From Candidatus Methylomirabilia bacterium (GTDB lineage: Bacteria; Methylomirabilota; Methylomirabilia; Rokubacteriales; CSP1-6), in NCBI GenBank assembly GCA_046758965.1, contig JBHIBG010000006.1, forward strand, positions 29,930 through 93,929: a stretch of DNA of 64,000 nucleotides, given 5' to 3'. Shown one piece after another: positions 9,510-19,543 of the stretch; position 1 is the stretch's first letter, and each line of letters starts with the position of its first letter. The notes under the pieces are model-generated. The model did no database searches. It was not told the DNA's origin and saw only the letters and a program-made list of their open reading frames with translations. The position numbers and the translations under genes are program-made.

Positions 9510-10379
9510 TCACAGTGGCCTGAGATGTGGCCTGCCCTCCCAAGTCAGCTGCTCGAGCGGCAGCTCGGCCTCGGTCCCGTCCCGGAGAGTGACCAGCACG
9601 GTTTGCTTCAGGACCCGGACCGCCTTCACCCCGCCCTCCATGCAGCCACCCCCGCCACACTCGGCCTGACAGGCTGACCCCACGCGGGGGAGGTACGAGC
9701 GAAGCGCCTCGTACGTGGAGAACTCGTAGAGCAGGCAGCACTTGAGCCGGCCGCAATTGCCGAGGAGGCGGCTATCTGTCAGGGGCATGTCCTGGGCCTT
9801 CGCCATCTTGACGGAAATCGACTCGAACTTCCGGAGCCACGAGGAGCAGCAGAGCTGGCGCCCGCACGGCCCGATCCCGTCCATGACCCTGGTGACGTCG
9901 CGGGCGCCGATCTGGCGCATCTCGATCCGCGCGCGGAACTGCCTGGCGAGGTCGCGCACCATTTCGCGGAAGTCTACCCGCTCCTGGGCAACGAACAGGA
10001 CAGTCACCTTCCGCCCATCGGGCTGCAGGTCGACGTCCACAACTTTCATCTGGAGCCCGCGCTGCTGGGCCTTGCCCTGAACGGTCTCGATCGCCCTCTT
10101 CTCCCGCCCCCGCCGCTCCTTCCACTGCTCCCCTTCCAGGGGGGTAGCCAGCCGCAGGACCTTGAGAGAGATGCGGTTGCGCGTCAGCTCGAAAAGCGGA
10201 CGCTTCAGGCGGCGCACCTCTCCGACCGCGGTGCCGTTGGGAGCCTCCACCACGCAGAAATCGCCCACGTGCAGCTCGAGCCCGTCCACGAGATAGTCGT
10301 CGGCGTTGGCCGGCTCGCGGAGCCTCACGCCCACCACGTACGGCCTGACAACCTCAACCGGTGCCTCGTTTTCGCCCAT
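9510..10379 (-). CDS. PSP1 / RicT (YaaT) family protein
   Basis: RVDFREMV, RIEMRQIG, GPCGRQLCC, CGRLKCCL; canonical position after holB. Confidence 0.92.
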   Translation of the reverse strand: MGENEAPVEVVRPYVVGVRLREPANADDYLVDGLELHVGDFCVVEAPNGTAVGEVRRLKRPLFELTRNRISLKVLRLATPLEGEQWKERRGREKRAIETVQGKAQQRGLQMKVVDVDLQPDGRKVTVLFVAQERVDFREMVRDLARQFRARIEMRQIGARDVTRVMDGIGPCGRQLCCSSWLRKFESISVKMAKAQDMPLTDSRLLGNCGRLKCCLLYEFSTYEALRSYLPRVGSACQAECGGGGCMEGGVKAVRVLKQTVLVTLRDGTEAELPLEQLTWEGRPHLRPL

Positions 10380-10383
10380 ATCC

Positions 10384-11406
10384 TTACGCCGCCCTCAGCG
10401 CCAGCCGGCTCAGCAAGACTTCCAGGGTGAGCCGGGGCGAGACGTTCCCCTCAAGGGCCTGCCAGGCCTCCCGGCAGGCCACAAGTCCCGCGAGAATTCC
10501 TTCCCACGGGGTTGCCCCGGCGTTGCTGACAAGCTCAGCCTGACGGTCGCTCGAAAGCAGGAGCCGGGGAGCGCCGCCGGCCTTGACGCAGCACAGGTCA
10601 CGGTACCAGAGCCAGACCGCCTCGATCAGCTCCGCGATCTGGGTCCTGTCGCGCCCCAATGCCTCGACGCGCGCAAACAGGGCCTCGGCTCCCTTGGAGG
10701 CCACCTCGCTCAGAAGCGCCACAGCCTGGTCCCGCCGCTCCCGCCAGAGCCCGGGCTCCCGGCCCAGTACCAGCCCCACCTGCCCTTGGCAGGCACGGGC
10801 CAGGAACTGCGCGGTGGCCTCATCCACACCGCTGTTCATCAGGAGCGCGACCGCCTCGGCCTCCCCCAGGGGGGTGAAGCGCACGACCTGGCAGCGAGAG
10901 AGTGCCGTGGGGGGAAGCGCCCTGGCCTGCGAGAGGATCAGGATGATCACCGTCCGAGCGGGCGGCTCTTCCAGGGTCTTGAGCAGGGCATTGGCAGTCA
11001 CGAGACTCATTCGCTCCGCGTCGTCCACGATGAAGACCTTGAGCGGGCCTTGATGGGGCTTGAGCGCAGCCAGCCGCTCCAGCTCACGAACCTGGTCGAT
11101 CCTGATCAGCTGTCCGCTCGGGACAATCAGGTGGCAGTCCGGATGGGCGCCTGCCTCCACTCGCTGACAGGCCGGGCAGAGGCCGCATCCCCCCAGGCTC
11201 TCACGGCCGCCGGAGGAAGCGACTTGGCGTGAGGGGCAGAGCAGCGCCTGGGCGAAAGCCTGGGCGGTCAGCCTCTTTCCGATGCCCGGCGGGCCCACGA
11301 AGGCGTAGGCATGAGCCACCCGATCCGAGGCGATGGCTGATCGAAGCAGTTCACGGACAGCGGTGTGGCCCCGTATCAGCGCGTTCACGCGCGCGCTCCC
11401 CGACAC
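10384..11406 (-). CDS. holB: DNA polymerase III subunit delta'
   Basis: HAYAFVGPPGIGK, zinc module, NALLKTLEEP, SRC; downstream of tmk. Confidence 0.93.
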   Translation of the reverse strand: MSGSARVNALIRGHTAVRELLRSAIASDRVAHAYAFVGPPGIGKRLTAQAFAQALLCPSRQVASSGGRESLGGCGLCPACQRVEAGAHPDCHLIVPSGQLIRIDQVRELERLAALKPHQGPLKVFIVDDAERMSLVTANALLKTLEEPPARTVIILILSQARALPPTALSRCQVVRFTPLGEAEAVALLMNSGVDEATAQFLARACQGQVGLVLGREPGLWRERRDQAVALLSEVASKGAEALFARVEALGRDRTQIAELIEAVWLWYRDLCCVKAGGAPRLLLSSDRQAELVSNAGATPWEGILAGLVACREAWQALEGNVSPRLTLEVLLSRLALRAA

Positions 11407-12017
11407 CGGAGCAGTTCCTCCACCGCTGCCCGGACCTCAGCTTGGAGGAGCTCAGGAGGTTGCTCGGCCCGGAGCACCGCCACGCGGGCTTTCTCCTCGC
11501 GCGCGATCTCCAGGTAGCCCCGGCGAACCCGCTGGTGGAAGGCCAGGTCCATCTTCTCGAACGCGTCGAGCCGGCGGCCCGCGAGTCGCTGTATGCCGAT
11601 CTCAGCCTCGAGGTCCAGAAGAAGCGTGAGGTCGGGCTGGATCCCGCCGGTGGCCAGCGCGTTGAGCTCCCGGATCGTCTGGAGGTCCACCCCCCGGCCG
11701 TACCCCTGGTAGGCCACACTGGCGTCGGCGTAGCGGTCGGAGAGGACGATCTCCCCCCGCTCAAGGGCCGGGCGGATGATCTGAACGACGTGCTGCTGAC
11801 GGGCCGCCAGAAAGAGGAAGGCCTCGGTGAGCGGAGTGGGGGCCAACCCATCCTGTTCGAAGAGGGCACGCACCGCTTCGCCCAGGGACGTGCCGTCGGG
11901 CTCGCTGGTCTCAATGACCCGAAGCCCCCGACCCGTGAGCCAGGCCGCAAGCATCCGGCGCTGGGTCGTCTTCCCGGCCCCTTCGATCCCTTCAAAAGTA
12001 ATGAGCACGCCTTCCAT
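11385..12017 (-). CDS. tmk: Thymidylate kinase
   Basis: FEGIEGAGKTTQ, DRYADAS, YQGYGRG. Confidence 0.95.
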   Translation of the reverse strand: MEGVLITFEGIEGAGKTTQRRMLAAWLTGRGLRVIETSEPDGTSLGEAVRALFEQDGLAPTPLTEAFLFLAARQQHVVQIIRPALERGEIVLSDRYADASVAYQGYGRGVDLQTIRELNALATGGIQPDLTLLLDLEAEIGIQRLAGRRLDAFEKMDLAFHQRVRRGYLEIAREEKARVAVLRAEQPPELLQAEVRAAVEELLRCRGARA

Positions 12018-12053
12018 TGACTTATCTCAAGTATACGCCGAGAGCCGTTTAGG

Positions 12054-13184
12054 CTAGGCCATACCGTGAAACGGGAAGATCGTGCCTCGGATGGCTTCTA
12101 CCTGACGACGACCGTACTCCTGAGCCCGTCGGCGACTCTCGGCGGGGAACTCGACGGGCGGGTCCCAGAGCGAGCTGTCGCGGAACCTGAACCGAGCCAG
12201 CTCCTCGCGGAAGGCGGCCGGCAGCTCCGGGGGCAGCTCGACGCGGTTGATCACGGCCCAGGCAGCCGTCCATGCCCGCGCCACGTTGGGAAGATCATAG
12301 CCTCCGCCCCCCAGCGCCACCAGGCGGGGTGCCAGCTCTACGATCCGGCTGACCGTGCGCGTGAACCCCTGCACGGAGAGGGCGAGATGCGTCAGCGGAT
12401 CCGTTCGGTGGGAGTCGATTCCGAGCTGGGCGACGATGACATCGGGCCTGAACGCCTGAATCAGCGGCGGCACAACAGCCTCGAAGGCTTCCGCGTAGAC
12501 CTCATCATCGGTGAATACCTCGAGCGGCAGGTTCACCGAGTGGCCGCGCCCCTGGCCCTCGCCCAGTTCCTTGACGAAGCCGGTGCCGGGGAAGAGGCGG
12601 TCGCCCCGCTCGTGGACCGAGATGGTGAGCGCCTGGGGATCCCGGTAGAAGGCGAATTGCACCCCGTCGCCGTGGTGGGCATCGATGTCCACGTAGGCCA
12701 CGCGCCAGCCGCGCTCGCGGAGAGCGAGGATCGCCAGCACCGGATCGTTCACGTAGCAGAACCCCGACGCGCGGTCCGGCATGGCGTGATGCAGGCCGCC
12801 CGCAAAGTGGAAGGCGCGCTCCACCTCGCCGTCGGCCACCAGCCTGGCTGCCAGGAGTGAGCCGCCGGCGATCAAGCTCGAGGCCTCCCACAGGCCGGGA
12901 AAGATGGGGTTGTCACCGAAGCCCAGCCCGTGGCGTGCGGCCCCGGGGACGCTCACGCCGGCGCTGACCGCCTTGAGCAGCTCCAGGTACTCCTGGGTGT
13001 GGAAACGTGAGACGATCTCCTCGCCGGCCGGCTCGGGGGCCAGCACCTTGGCGCGGGGCAGAGCCGTGAGAGAGTAGGCTTCCATGAGCCGCCAGGTGAG
13101 GGCCAAGCGCTCCATCCTGAGCGGATGCTCAGATCCGTAGTCGTAGCGGGAGTAGGCATCTGAGTAGATCAAGGCGGTGTCCAC
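12054..13184 (-). CDS. acuC: AcuC-like histone deacetylase family protein
   Basis: GGLHHA, GFC, DIDAHHGDG, GGGGY; GTG start with GGAGGT RBS. Confidence 0.85.
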   Translation of the reverse strand: MDTALIYSDAYSRYDYGSEHPLRMERLALTWRLMEAYSLTALPRAKVLAPEPAGEEIVSRFHTQEYLELLKAVSAGVSVPGAARHGLGFGDNPIFPGLWEASSLIAGGSLLAARLVADGEVERAFHFAGGLHHAMPDRASGFCYVNDPVLAILALRERGWRVAYVDIDAHHGDGVQFAFYRDPQALTISVHERGDRLFPGTGFVKELGEGQGRGHSVNLPLEVFTDDEVYAEAFEAVVPPLIQAFRPDVIVAQLGIDSHRTDPLTHLALSVQGFTRTVSRIVELAPRLVALGGGGYDLPNVARAWTAAWAVINRVELPPELPAAFREELARFRFRDSSLWDPPVEFPAESRRRAQEYGRRQVEAIRGTIFPFHGMA

Positions 13185-13188
13185 GGCA

Positions 13189-13710
13189 CTACCTCCGGGC
13201 GCTCCCGCCAACTCGCCGCCAGATCCCGCTCTTCCCCCCGGACTTCTCCAGAAGACAGAGCTCTCTCAAGACCATCCCTCTGTCAACGGCCTTCACCATG
13301 TCATAGACGGCCAGCCCGGCCACTGCTGCAGCGGTCAGCGCCTCCATCTCTACGCCGGTTTTGTCCGTCGTGCGGACGCGCGTTTCGACGGTGAGGGTAG
13401 AGCGCTTCCGCTCCAGGGCAAAAACCACTTCCACCCCGGTGATCCTGAGCGGGTGGCAGAGCGGGATAAGATCCGGTGTCTTCTTGGCCGCCAGGATGCC
13501 TGCGGTCCGGGCCACGCCCAGGACATCCCCCTTGGCCATCTGCCCGGCTTCGATCGCGGCAAGGGTGGCGGGCTTCATCCTGAGGACCGCGCGCGCGCGC
13601 GCCTCGCGGGCAGTCTCCGCCTTGGCCGTGACATCCACCATGCGGGCTTCCCCTTGCGGGGTCAGGTGGGAGAGCCCGCGGAAGGATGGCCCTCCGCGGC
13701 CTGGCGGCAT
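13189..13710 (-). CDS. moaC: Cyclic pyranopterin monophosphate synthase
   Basis: ARMVDV, LIPLCHP, TGVEMEAL, YDMVKAVD, KSGGKSG. Confidence 0.95.
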   Translation of the reverse strand: MPPGRGGPSFRGLSHLTPQGEARMVDVTAKAETAREARARAVLRMKPATLAAIEAGQMAKGDVLGVARTAGILAAKKTPDLIPLCHPLRITGVEVVFALERKRSTLTVETRVRTTDKTGVEMEALTAAAVAGLAVYDMVKAVDRGMVLRELCLLEKSGGKSGIWRRVGGSARR

Positions 13711-13734
13711 GGACGGTCGGCGGGAGGCCAGGTC

Positions 13735-13977
13735 TTAGACCCGGGCCCCGGGCGAGGAGGTCTGAGCAGCCTGCCGGATCATGCCCTCCATCCGGTCCTT
13801 GGCCATCAACTTGCGCTTTTTCAGTTCGCTCATCCGCCACTGTTCATCAGCGGAACCAAGCGGGCGAGCCCGGAGCTGAGCGAGCTCTTGTTCGTACCCT
13901 CGGTGCTCCTCTCGAAGCCTCCGGAACTCCTCGTTCTCAGCAGTCAGCCATTGGATGAGACTCTCGCGATCGGGCAT
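13735..13977 (-). CDS. DUF465 (YdcH-like) coiled-coil protein
   Basis: EFRRLREEH...LKKRKLMAKD; AAGGAGG RBS before ATG 13977. Confidence 0.8.
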   Translation of the reverse strand: MPDRESLIQWLTAENEEFRRLREEHRGYEQELAQLRARPLGSADEQWRMSELKKRKLMAKDRMEGMIRQAAQTSSPGARV

Positions 13978-14035
13978 GCGCGCCTCCTTCATTTACGCTC
14001 GACGGAGAGGGAAGTGTCCTGGCCATAAAATACGA

Positions 14036-14065
14036 CAGGCCAGCGTTGCTTCCAACGCTGGCCTG
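14036..14065 (-). terminator. Perfect 13-bp hairpin in a 5' leader (possible attenuator/terminator)
   Basis: CAGGCCAGCGTTG-GAAG-CAACGCTGGCCTG followed on the minus strand by TCGTATTTTAT. Confidence 0.55.
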
Positions 14066-14133
14066 GAGAAACCGATCCACAATTCCCGCCGCACTCCGAC
14101 CTCCCTCGAGTTCGGTCCGCGCTGCTTGTCCAT

Positions 14134-14163
14134 TTTCTAGCACACAACGGCTCCCACTGTCAA
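14134..14163 (-). promoter_or_regulatory. Sigma70-type promoter for DUF465-moaC-acuC
   Basis: Minus strand TTGACA-18 nt-TAGAAA with TGn extended -10. Confidence 0.6.
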
Positions 14164-14176
14164 GCGAGCCAGTCGC

Positions 14177-15268
14177 CTACGCGCGGCCGTGACGAATGAG
14201 ATGAGGAGCGGTGGCCTTGAAGGTGGCCATGACGGGGGCCCCTTCGCCGATCCCGAGCTCCTCGACGGATCGGTGAGTCAGCAGCGCCACGAGGGGGAAA
14301 CCGCAGTCCACCACGACCCTGACGTACGCCCCCGCCGCGGTCAGGCGCGAGACGGTGCCTGCGACGTGATTCCGGGCGCTGGAGGCTACAAGGGAAGCAT
14401 CCCGGGGCATCAGCGTCACGTCCTCGGGCCTGAGGCAGAGCCTGACCCGGTCTCCCGGAGCGGCCTCGGCAGCGACCTCGATCTTCCCCCCTCCCACCTC
14501 CAGCAGTGCGAGACCACTCTCGGCCGACAGCACGCGGCAGTCAAGAATCGTCTCCACCCCGACGAACCGGGCGACCTCCTCCGACGCCGGGGCGCGGAAG
14601 AGGCGCCCGGCCTCGTCCACCTGGAGGATCTCCCCCCCTTTCATCACGGCCACCCAATCTGCGAGGGCCATGGCCTCCCCCCGATCGTGAGTGACCAGAA
14701 CAGTGGCGATCCCGTCCTCCCGGAGGATGACGCTCAAGTCCTCGATCAACGTCTCGCGCGTTGGCTGGTCCAGGGCCGAGAACGGTTCGTCCAGGAGAAG
14801 AAGATCGGGCTTCAGGACCAGCGCACGAGCCAGGGCGGTCCGCTGGGCCTCGCCACCGGAGAGTGTCCGCGCCTGCCGGGCGGCCAGGCCGGCAATCCCG
14901 AACCGGGCCAGCCAGCTCCGAACCCGGTGGCCGATCTCGGATGCCGCCACATGGTGGAACCGGAGCCCCAGCGCGACGTTCTCGAAGACCGTGGCGTCCG
15001 TCAGGAGAGGATCCTGAAAGACGCTCGCCATCTTCCGCCGCACCGACAGGAGCCGGCCCTTGCTCACCCGCTCTCCTCTGAACCGCACCTCGCCCGCTCC
15101 GGGAGCCTCGAGCAGCCCGATCATCCGAAGGAGGGTTGATTTGCCGGACCCGTTGGGGCCGATGACCGCGAGGATCTCTCCGGCACGAACCTCAAGCCAG
15201 GGAACCTCGAGGACCACGGCCTCACCGTAGGTGACCCTGACCCCGGAGAGCTCGACCACCGCGCTCAT
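14177..15268 (-). CDS. Tungstate/molybdate ABC transporter ATPase with TOBE domains (TupC/WtpC-like)
   Basis: GPNGSGKST, LSGGE, DEPF, SSARN TOBE motif; ATGA overlap with modC. Confidence 0.85.
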   Translation of the reverse strand: MSAVVELSGVRVTYGEAVVLEVPWLEVRAGEILAVIGPNGSGKSTLLRMIGLLEAPGAGEVRFRGERVSKGRLLSVRRKMASVFQDPLLTDATVFENVALGLRFHHVAASEIGHRVRSWLARFGIAGLAARQARTLSGGEAQRTALARALVLKPDLLLLDEPFSALDQPTRETLIEDLSVILREDGIATVLVTHDRGEAMALADWVAVMKGGEILQVDEAGRLFRAPASEEVARFVGVETILDCRVLSAESGLALLEVGGGKIEVAAEAAPGDRVRLCLRPEDVTLMPRDASLVASSARNHVAGTVSRLTAAGAYVRVVVDCGFPLVALLTHRSVEELGIGEGAPVMATFKATAPHLIRHGRA

Positions 15269-16386
15269 GAGGAAGGCAGCACCTGGAGAGAACCGCGGTG
15301 GACCGAGATCTGCCACCGCCGGTCACGGGAAATCTCCAGGATCTCGTAGACGAGCTTCGGAACCTCGATCTCCAGGTCGTAGAAGCCCTGGCTCGGCTCT
15401 CCCGGCACGCTCAGCCTGAAGAAGAGCGCCCAGGTCGTCCCCTGATCCACTTCCCCCAGCACCTCCCCCTGCATCAGGTTCATGTGATGCTGAGGGTCCG
15501 GGCCCGGACGGTCCTTTCTGACGAGGCGCACATACTCCGGGCGAATACAGAAGGCCAGCGAGGTTCCCGGTGGTGGCAAGTAGAGACGCGAGGGCGAGTT
15601 GATCGCCTCGAGCGTCTGCCCGCGCCACCGGATCTGAATGATCTCCGGGGCGGCCTTCACGACTGTCCCCCTGAGCAGGTTCCGCATGCCGATCAGCCGG
15701 GCCACCTGCTCGGAGGTCGGCTGCCAGAGAAGGTCAGACTTCAACGCAGCCTGGAGCACCCGCCCCCCCGCATAGACCACGATCCGATCCGCGAGCTGAT
15801 ATGCCTCCGCCAGGTCGTGAGTGACCAGCACGGTGGCTTTCCCCCACTCGCGGATGATCCGCCCCAACTCCTGGCGGAGCTGGAGGCGAAGCGGAGCGTC
15901 CAGGGCCGAGAGCGGCTCATCCAGAAGGAGCAGCTCTGGGTCCACGGCCAGGGCCCGGCCAAGCGCGACCCGCTGCTGCTGGCCGCCTGAAAGCTCCCTC
16001 GGGTAGCGAGAAGCGAGACCATCCAGGCCGAGGCGCTCCAGCACCATGCGCGTCTGGCGGGCGCACTCCTGCCGAGGGCGGCCCTTGAGGCCGAAGGCGA
16101 CGTTTTCCCCTACTGTGAGGTGAGGGAAGAGAGCGTACCCCTCGAAAACATAGCCGAGCCGGCGATCCTGGGGCGGGAGGTCCGCCCCCGTGTCGCTGTC
16201 GAAGAACGCGCGATCGTTCACGACGATGCGCCCGCGATCCGGCCGCACCAGTCCCGCGAGGCAGTGAAGGGTCAGAGTTTTGCCCGCGCCGGAAGGGCCA
16301 AAGAGGGCCACCACAGGCTCCTCGGCCTCCCAGTTCACCTGAAGCGTGAACCCGGGGAGGTGCTTCGTGACAGAGAGGGAAAGCAT
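15265..16386 (-). CDS. modC: Molybdate ABC transporter ATP-binding protein
   Basis: GPSGAGKT, ALFPHLTV, LSGGQQQR, DEP; follows modB. Confidence 0.85.
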   Translation of the reverse strand: MLSLSVTKHLPGFTLQVNWEAEEPVVALFGPSGAGKTLTLHCLAGLVRPDRGRIVVNDRAFFDSDTGADLPPQDRRLGYVFEGYALFPHLTVGENVAFGLKGRPRQECARQTRMVLERLGLDGLASRYPRELSGGQQQRVALGRALAVDPELLLLDEPLSALDAPLRLQLRQELGRIIREWGKATVLVTHDLAEAYQLADRIVVYAGGRVLQAALKSDLLWQPTSEQVARLIGMRNLLRGTVVKAAPEIIQIRWRGQTLEAINSPSRLYLPPPGTSLAFCIRPEYVRLVRKDRPGPDPQHHMNLMQGEVLGEVDQGTTWALFFRLSVPGEPSQGFYDLEIEVPKLVYEILEISRDRRWQISVHRGSLQVLPSS

Positions 16387-16395
16387 CGACTCTCT

Positions 16396-17049
16396 CTAGT
16401 ATCGCAGCCGGACGAGCCGGCTCACGCCGAACAGGAGGATTGCGACAACACCGAGAGCAACCAGCGCCAGGGCATTGGCCTCCCCCATCTGGTACGCCTG
16501 GACACGGTCGTAAATCGCCAGGGGGAGCGTTTGAGTCTTCCCCGGGATGTTCCCCGCCACCATGAGCGTAATCCCGAACTCCCCCATAGCCCGGCAGAAG
16601 GCCAGCACGGTCCCCGCCAGGACGGACCGCCAGGCCAACGGCAGCGTGACCACCCAGAAGATGCTCCACTCCGAGCGCCCGAGGGTCCTCGCGGCTTGCT
16701 CGAGCCGTGGGTCTACGCTCTCGAACCCGGCCTGAGCGGACTTGATGAGGAGGGCGATGGATCCGATGCACGCGGCCAGGACCGCCGCGCGCCAGGTAAA
16801 AGCCAGCTCGATCCCCATGGCGTCGAGCAGTCGGCCGATCGGCCCCGGTCTTCCGATGACGACGAGGAGGTAGTAGCCGAGAACGGTGGGCGGAAGGACC
16901 AGGGGAAAGACCACGAAGGCTTCAAGCAGGTCGCGACCGGGGAAGCGCTTGCGGGCGAGGAGCCACGCCGCCGGAACCCCGACCAGGAGCGTCAGTGCTG
17001 TCGCGGTCACAGACACCTCGAGGGAGAGCCAGAGCGGAAAGAGATCCAT
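16396..17049 (-). CDS. modB: Molybdate ABC transporter permease
   Basis: [45 protein letters not shown]. Confidence 0.93.
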   Translation of the reverse strand: MDLFPLWLSLEVSVTATALTLLVGVPAAWLLARKRFPGRDLLEAFVVFPLVLPPTVLGYYLLVVIGRPGPIGRLLDAMGIELAFTWRAAVLAACIGSIALLIKSAQAGFESVDPRLEQAARTLGRSEWSIFWVVTLPLAWRSVLAGTVLAFCRAMGEFGITLMVAGNIPGKTQTLPLAIYDRVQAYQMGEANALALVALGVVAILLFGVSRLVRLRY

Positions 17050-17055
17050 CGAGGG

Positions 17056-17826
17056 TCAGAACTCCCCGGGAAGGAGGAAGCCGAAACGTCTCATGATCGC
17101 CCGTCCCTCCGGCGCGTTGACGAAATCGATGAAGGCAACCCCGAGCTCCGGATGCGGGCTCCGCGCGGCGACCGCAGCCGCTTGGTTCAAGGGCGCGTAG
17201 AGCCCGCCCTCAACCGGCGTCCAGTCTAACTCAGGAACGTTCGCAACGGAGAGAGCCACGATCCCGGCCTCCGCAGCGCCGAGCTGAATGAACTGCAACG
17301 CGTGACGGATGTTCTCACCATACACGAGCTTGAATTGCACCGCCTCCCACACGCCCGCTGCCCGCAGAGCTTCCTCGGCCGCCTTGCCGTACGGCGCGTG
17401 CAACGGGTTGGCGATGGCGACACGGCGGACCTTCGGACCGACGAGGTCTCGAAGCCGGTTGAGCTTGGGCCCGAACCGCTTTGCCGTCGCCAGGACGATC
17501 CGCCCCTGGGCGTACAGGGTTTGAGTCTCCGGGATCAGAACACCCCGGGCCATGAGCCGCTCCACAAAGCTCTGATCAGCGGCGAAGAAGAGATCCGCGG
17601 GGGCCCCGTGTTCGATCTGCCGGGCGAGGTTGCCGGTCGAGCCCAGGACCAGTGTCACCGTGACCCCTCGCGCCTTCTCGAAGCGAGGGACGAGCTCCCG
17701 AAACGCGAAGGCGAGGTCAGAGGCCGCGAACACGGTCAGCGACGGGGCCGCCGGAGTCCGAGACTGGGCAGCGCCTCCCGATCCGAGTAGGGCGCCAATG
17801 AGCGAGAGTGCCAGCACGCGGCGCAT
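17056..17826 (-). CDS. modA: Molybdate ABC transporter substrate-binding protein
   Basis: Signal peptide, VFAASDL, GSTG.LARQIEHGAPAD, ANP.HAPYG. Confidence 0.92.
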   Translation of the reverse strand: MRRVLALSLIGALLGSGGAAQSRTPAAPSLTVFAASDLAFAFRELVPRFEKARGVTVTLVLGSTGNLARQIEHGAPADLFFAADQSFVERLMARGVLIPETQTLYAQGRIVLATAKRFGPKLNRLRDLVGPKVRRVAIANPLHAPYGKAAEEALRAAGVWEAVQFKLVYGENIRHALQFIQLGAAEAGIVALSVANVPELDWTPVEGGLYAPLNQAAAVAARSPHPELGVAFIDFVNAPEGRAIMRRFGFLLPGEF

Positions 17827-17889
17827 AGGGCTTCATTGTGTCTGCCTGGGGCAGCTCCGTCAACAGACCGAGCCGGCCGCGCACCGGCG

Positions 17890-18585
17890 TTACGCCCGCC
17901 GGCGCTGCTGGATCCAGGTGAGCGCCCAGTTGACCAGGAAGGTGATCGCCAGCAGGAGCAGTGACAGCGCGATAGCGATATCGAAGTTCCCCTTCCCGGT
18001 CTCCAGCACCGTGGCAGTGGTCAGCACGCGCGTCTGCCCCCGGATGTTGCCACCCACCATCATGGAGGCCCCGATCTCGGAGATGACCGCGCCGAACCCG
18101 GCCATCACCGCCGCCAACATCGGAAGGCGCGCCTGGCGCAGCAGCACCCAGAGGAGCTGGACGCGCGAGGCGCCGAGGGCGAGCATCTGAAGACGGAACT
18201 GCGGGGGGATCTGCTGCACCGCGGCGAGAGTCAGCCCCGTGACGATCGGGGCCGCGATGATGAACTGGGCGATCACGATCGCCCTCGGAGTGTAGAGCAG
18301 CTCCAGGAAGCCGAGCGGCCCGCTCCGCCAGAGAAAGACCGAGACGAAAAGGCCGACCACCACCGGCGGGAGCCCCATCCCCGTATTGACGAGGCTGATA
18401 ATGAAGCTTTTGCCCGGGAAGCGGGTGAGGGCGATCACGGTACCCAGCGGGATCCCTACGAGGAGGGAGACGGCGGTCGCCGTGCCCGAAACCCGGAGCG
18501 AGAGCAAGGTGATCTCAAGCACCTCCGGGTCGCCGGTCAGGAGAAGCCACAGCGCCTGTTTGATCCCTTCCCAGATCAGTTCCAT
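17890..18585 (-). CDS. tupB: Tungstate ABC transporter permease
   Basis: MGLPPVVVGL, ISEIGASMMVGGNIRGQTRVLTTA; follows tupA. Confidence 0.88.
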   Translation of the reverse strand: MELIWEGIKQALWLLLTGDPEVLEITLLSLRVSGTATAVSLLVGIPLGTVIALTRFPGKSFIISLVNTGMGLPPVVVGLFVSVFLWRSGPLGFLELLYTPRAIVIAQFIIAAPIVTGLTLAAVQQIPPQFRLQMLALGASRVQLLWVLLRQARLPMLAAVMAGFGAVISEIGASMMVGGNIRGQTRVLTTATVLETGKGNFDIAIALSLLLLAITFLVNWALTWIQQRRRA

Positions 18586-18594
18586 GCCAACCTC

Positions 18595-19422
18595 CTACTC
18601 CGCCACGGGGTCTAGGAAAAAGAGCGGCTGTCCGAACCGCTCCTTCCCGTACTCCCGAATGATCGCCCGCGCCTCATCGGAGGTCAGGAAGTCGCTGAAG
18701 GCCTTCGCCCCGGCGTGGTTCACGGGGAGATTCGGGTGCTTCGCCGGGTTCACCTCGTAAACACTGTAGCGGTTTGAAAGGTCGGGGCTGCCCTCAAAGA
18801 GAACCTCCAGCCCCACCGTCTTCCGGAGATTCAGATACGTGGCCCGGTCGGTCAACGTGTAGGCGCCTTTCTCCGAGGCGATCCTGAGCGTGGCGCCCAT
18901 CCCTTGCCCCGACTCGAGGTACCACTCACCGACCGGTGTGACTCCGGCTTCGGCCCAGAAAATCTTCTCCTTCTTGTGGGTGCCGGAGTTGTCGCCGCGG
19001 GAGACCCAGGTGGCTCCGGCCTCGCCGATCTTCTTCAGCGCCAGGGCGGGGGTCCTCGTTCCCCTGATCCTGGCGGGGTCGGCGGCCGGGCCCGCGATGA
19101 CGAAGTCGTTGTGCATGAACTGGCGCCGATGGAGGATGTTGGCGGCGGCGGCAAGGGGCTTTTCCGCCTCGGGCGCATGGACCAGGATCACGTCCACGTC
19201 GCCACGCCTCGCCATTTCCAGCGCCTTCCCTGTTCCGACCGCGATAGTCTTTACCGTGTAGCCGGTCTTCTTCTCGAAAAGCGGTACGAGGACGTCGAGG
19301 AGCCCCGAGTCCTGGGTGCTAGTGGTGGTCGCGAGGATCACGGTGCCTGATTGAGCATCGGCGCGCCACGCGCCAGACCCCACCAGCACGACTATCGCCA
19401 CCAGAACGCTCCACGATCTCAT
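18595..19422 (-). CDS. tupA: Tungstate ABC transporter substrate-binding protein
   Basis: TupA signature ATTTSTQDSGLL, GTGKAL, SRGDNSGTH, GQGMG, TDRATY. Confidence 0.9.
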   Translation of the reverse strand: MRSWSVLVAIVVLVGSGAWRADAQSGTVILATTTSTQDSGLLDVLVPLFEKKTGYTVKTIAVGTGKALEMARRGDVDVILVHAPEAEKPLAAAANILHRRQFMHNDFVIAGPAADPARIRGTRTPALALKKIGEAGATWVSRGDNSGTHKKEKIFWAEAGVTPVGEWYLESGQGMGATLRIASEKGAYTLTDRATYLNLRKTVGLEVLFEGSPDLSNRYSVYEVNPAKHPNLPVNHAGAKAFSDFLTSDEARAIIREYGKERFGQPLFFLDPVAE

Positions 19423-19494
19423 CTTGGCCTCCTTCTCTGCCCCCGGAAGCCGCGCGCGCTTTCCGGAAGCGCACGCTCAGAGCAACGCCAACGA

Positions 19495-19523
19495 GTTATA
19501 TATGCTTCTAAGAGCATAGTCAA
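19495..19523 (-). promoter_or_regulatory. tupA promoter with palindromic operator (putative ModE site)
   Basis: Minus strand TTGACT-17 nt-TATAAC; TATGCT-N6-AGCATA palindrome at 19501-19518 fills the spacer. Confidence 0.7.
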
Positions 19524-19543
19524 CCCCAAAAAAACGACTCCCC

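Noticed and set aside
9493..9756. N-terminal extension of metG in the ORF track (likewise thiD, prpF, aconitase, clpP and the treT-like gene)
   Set aside because: These extensions overlap upstream genes or lack homology; internal starts fit the family N-termini and RBSs
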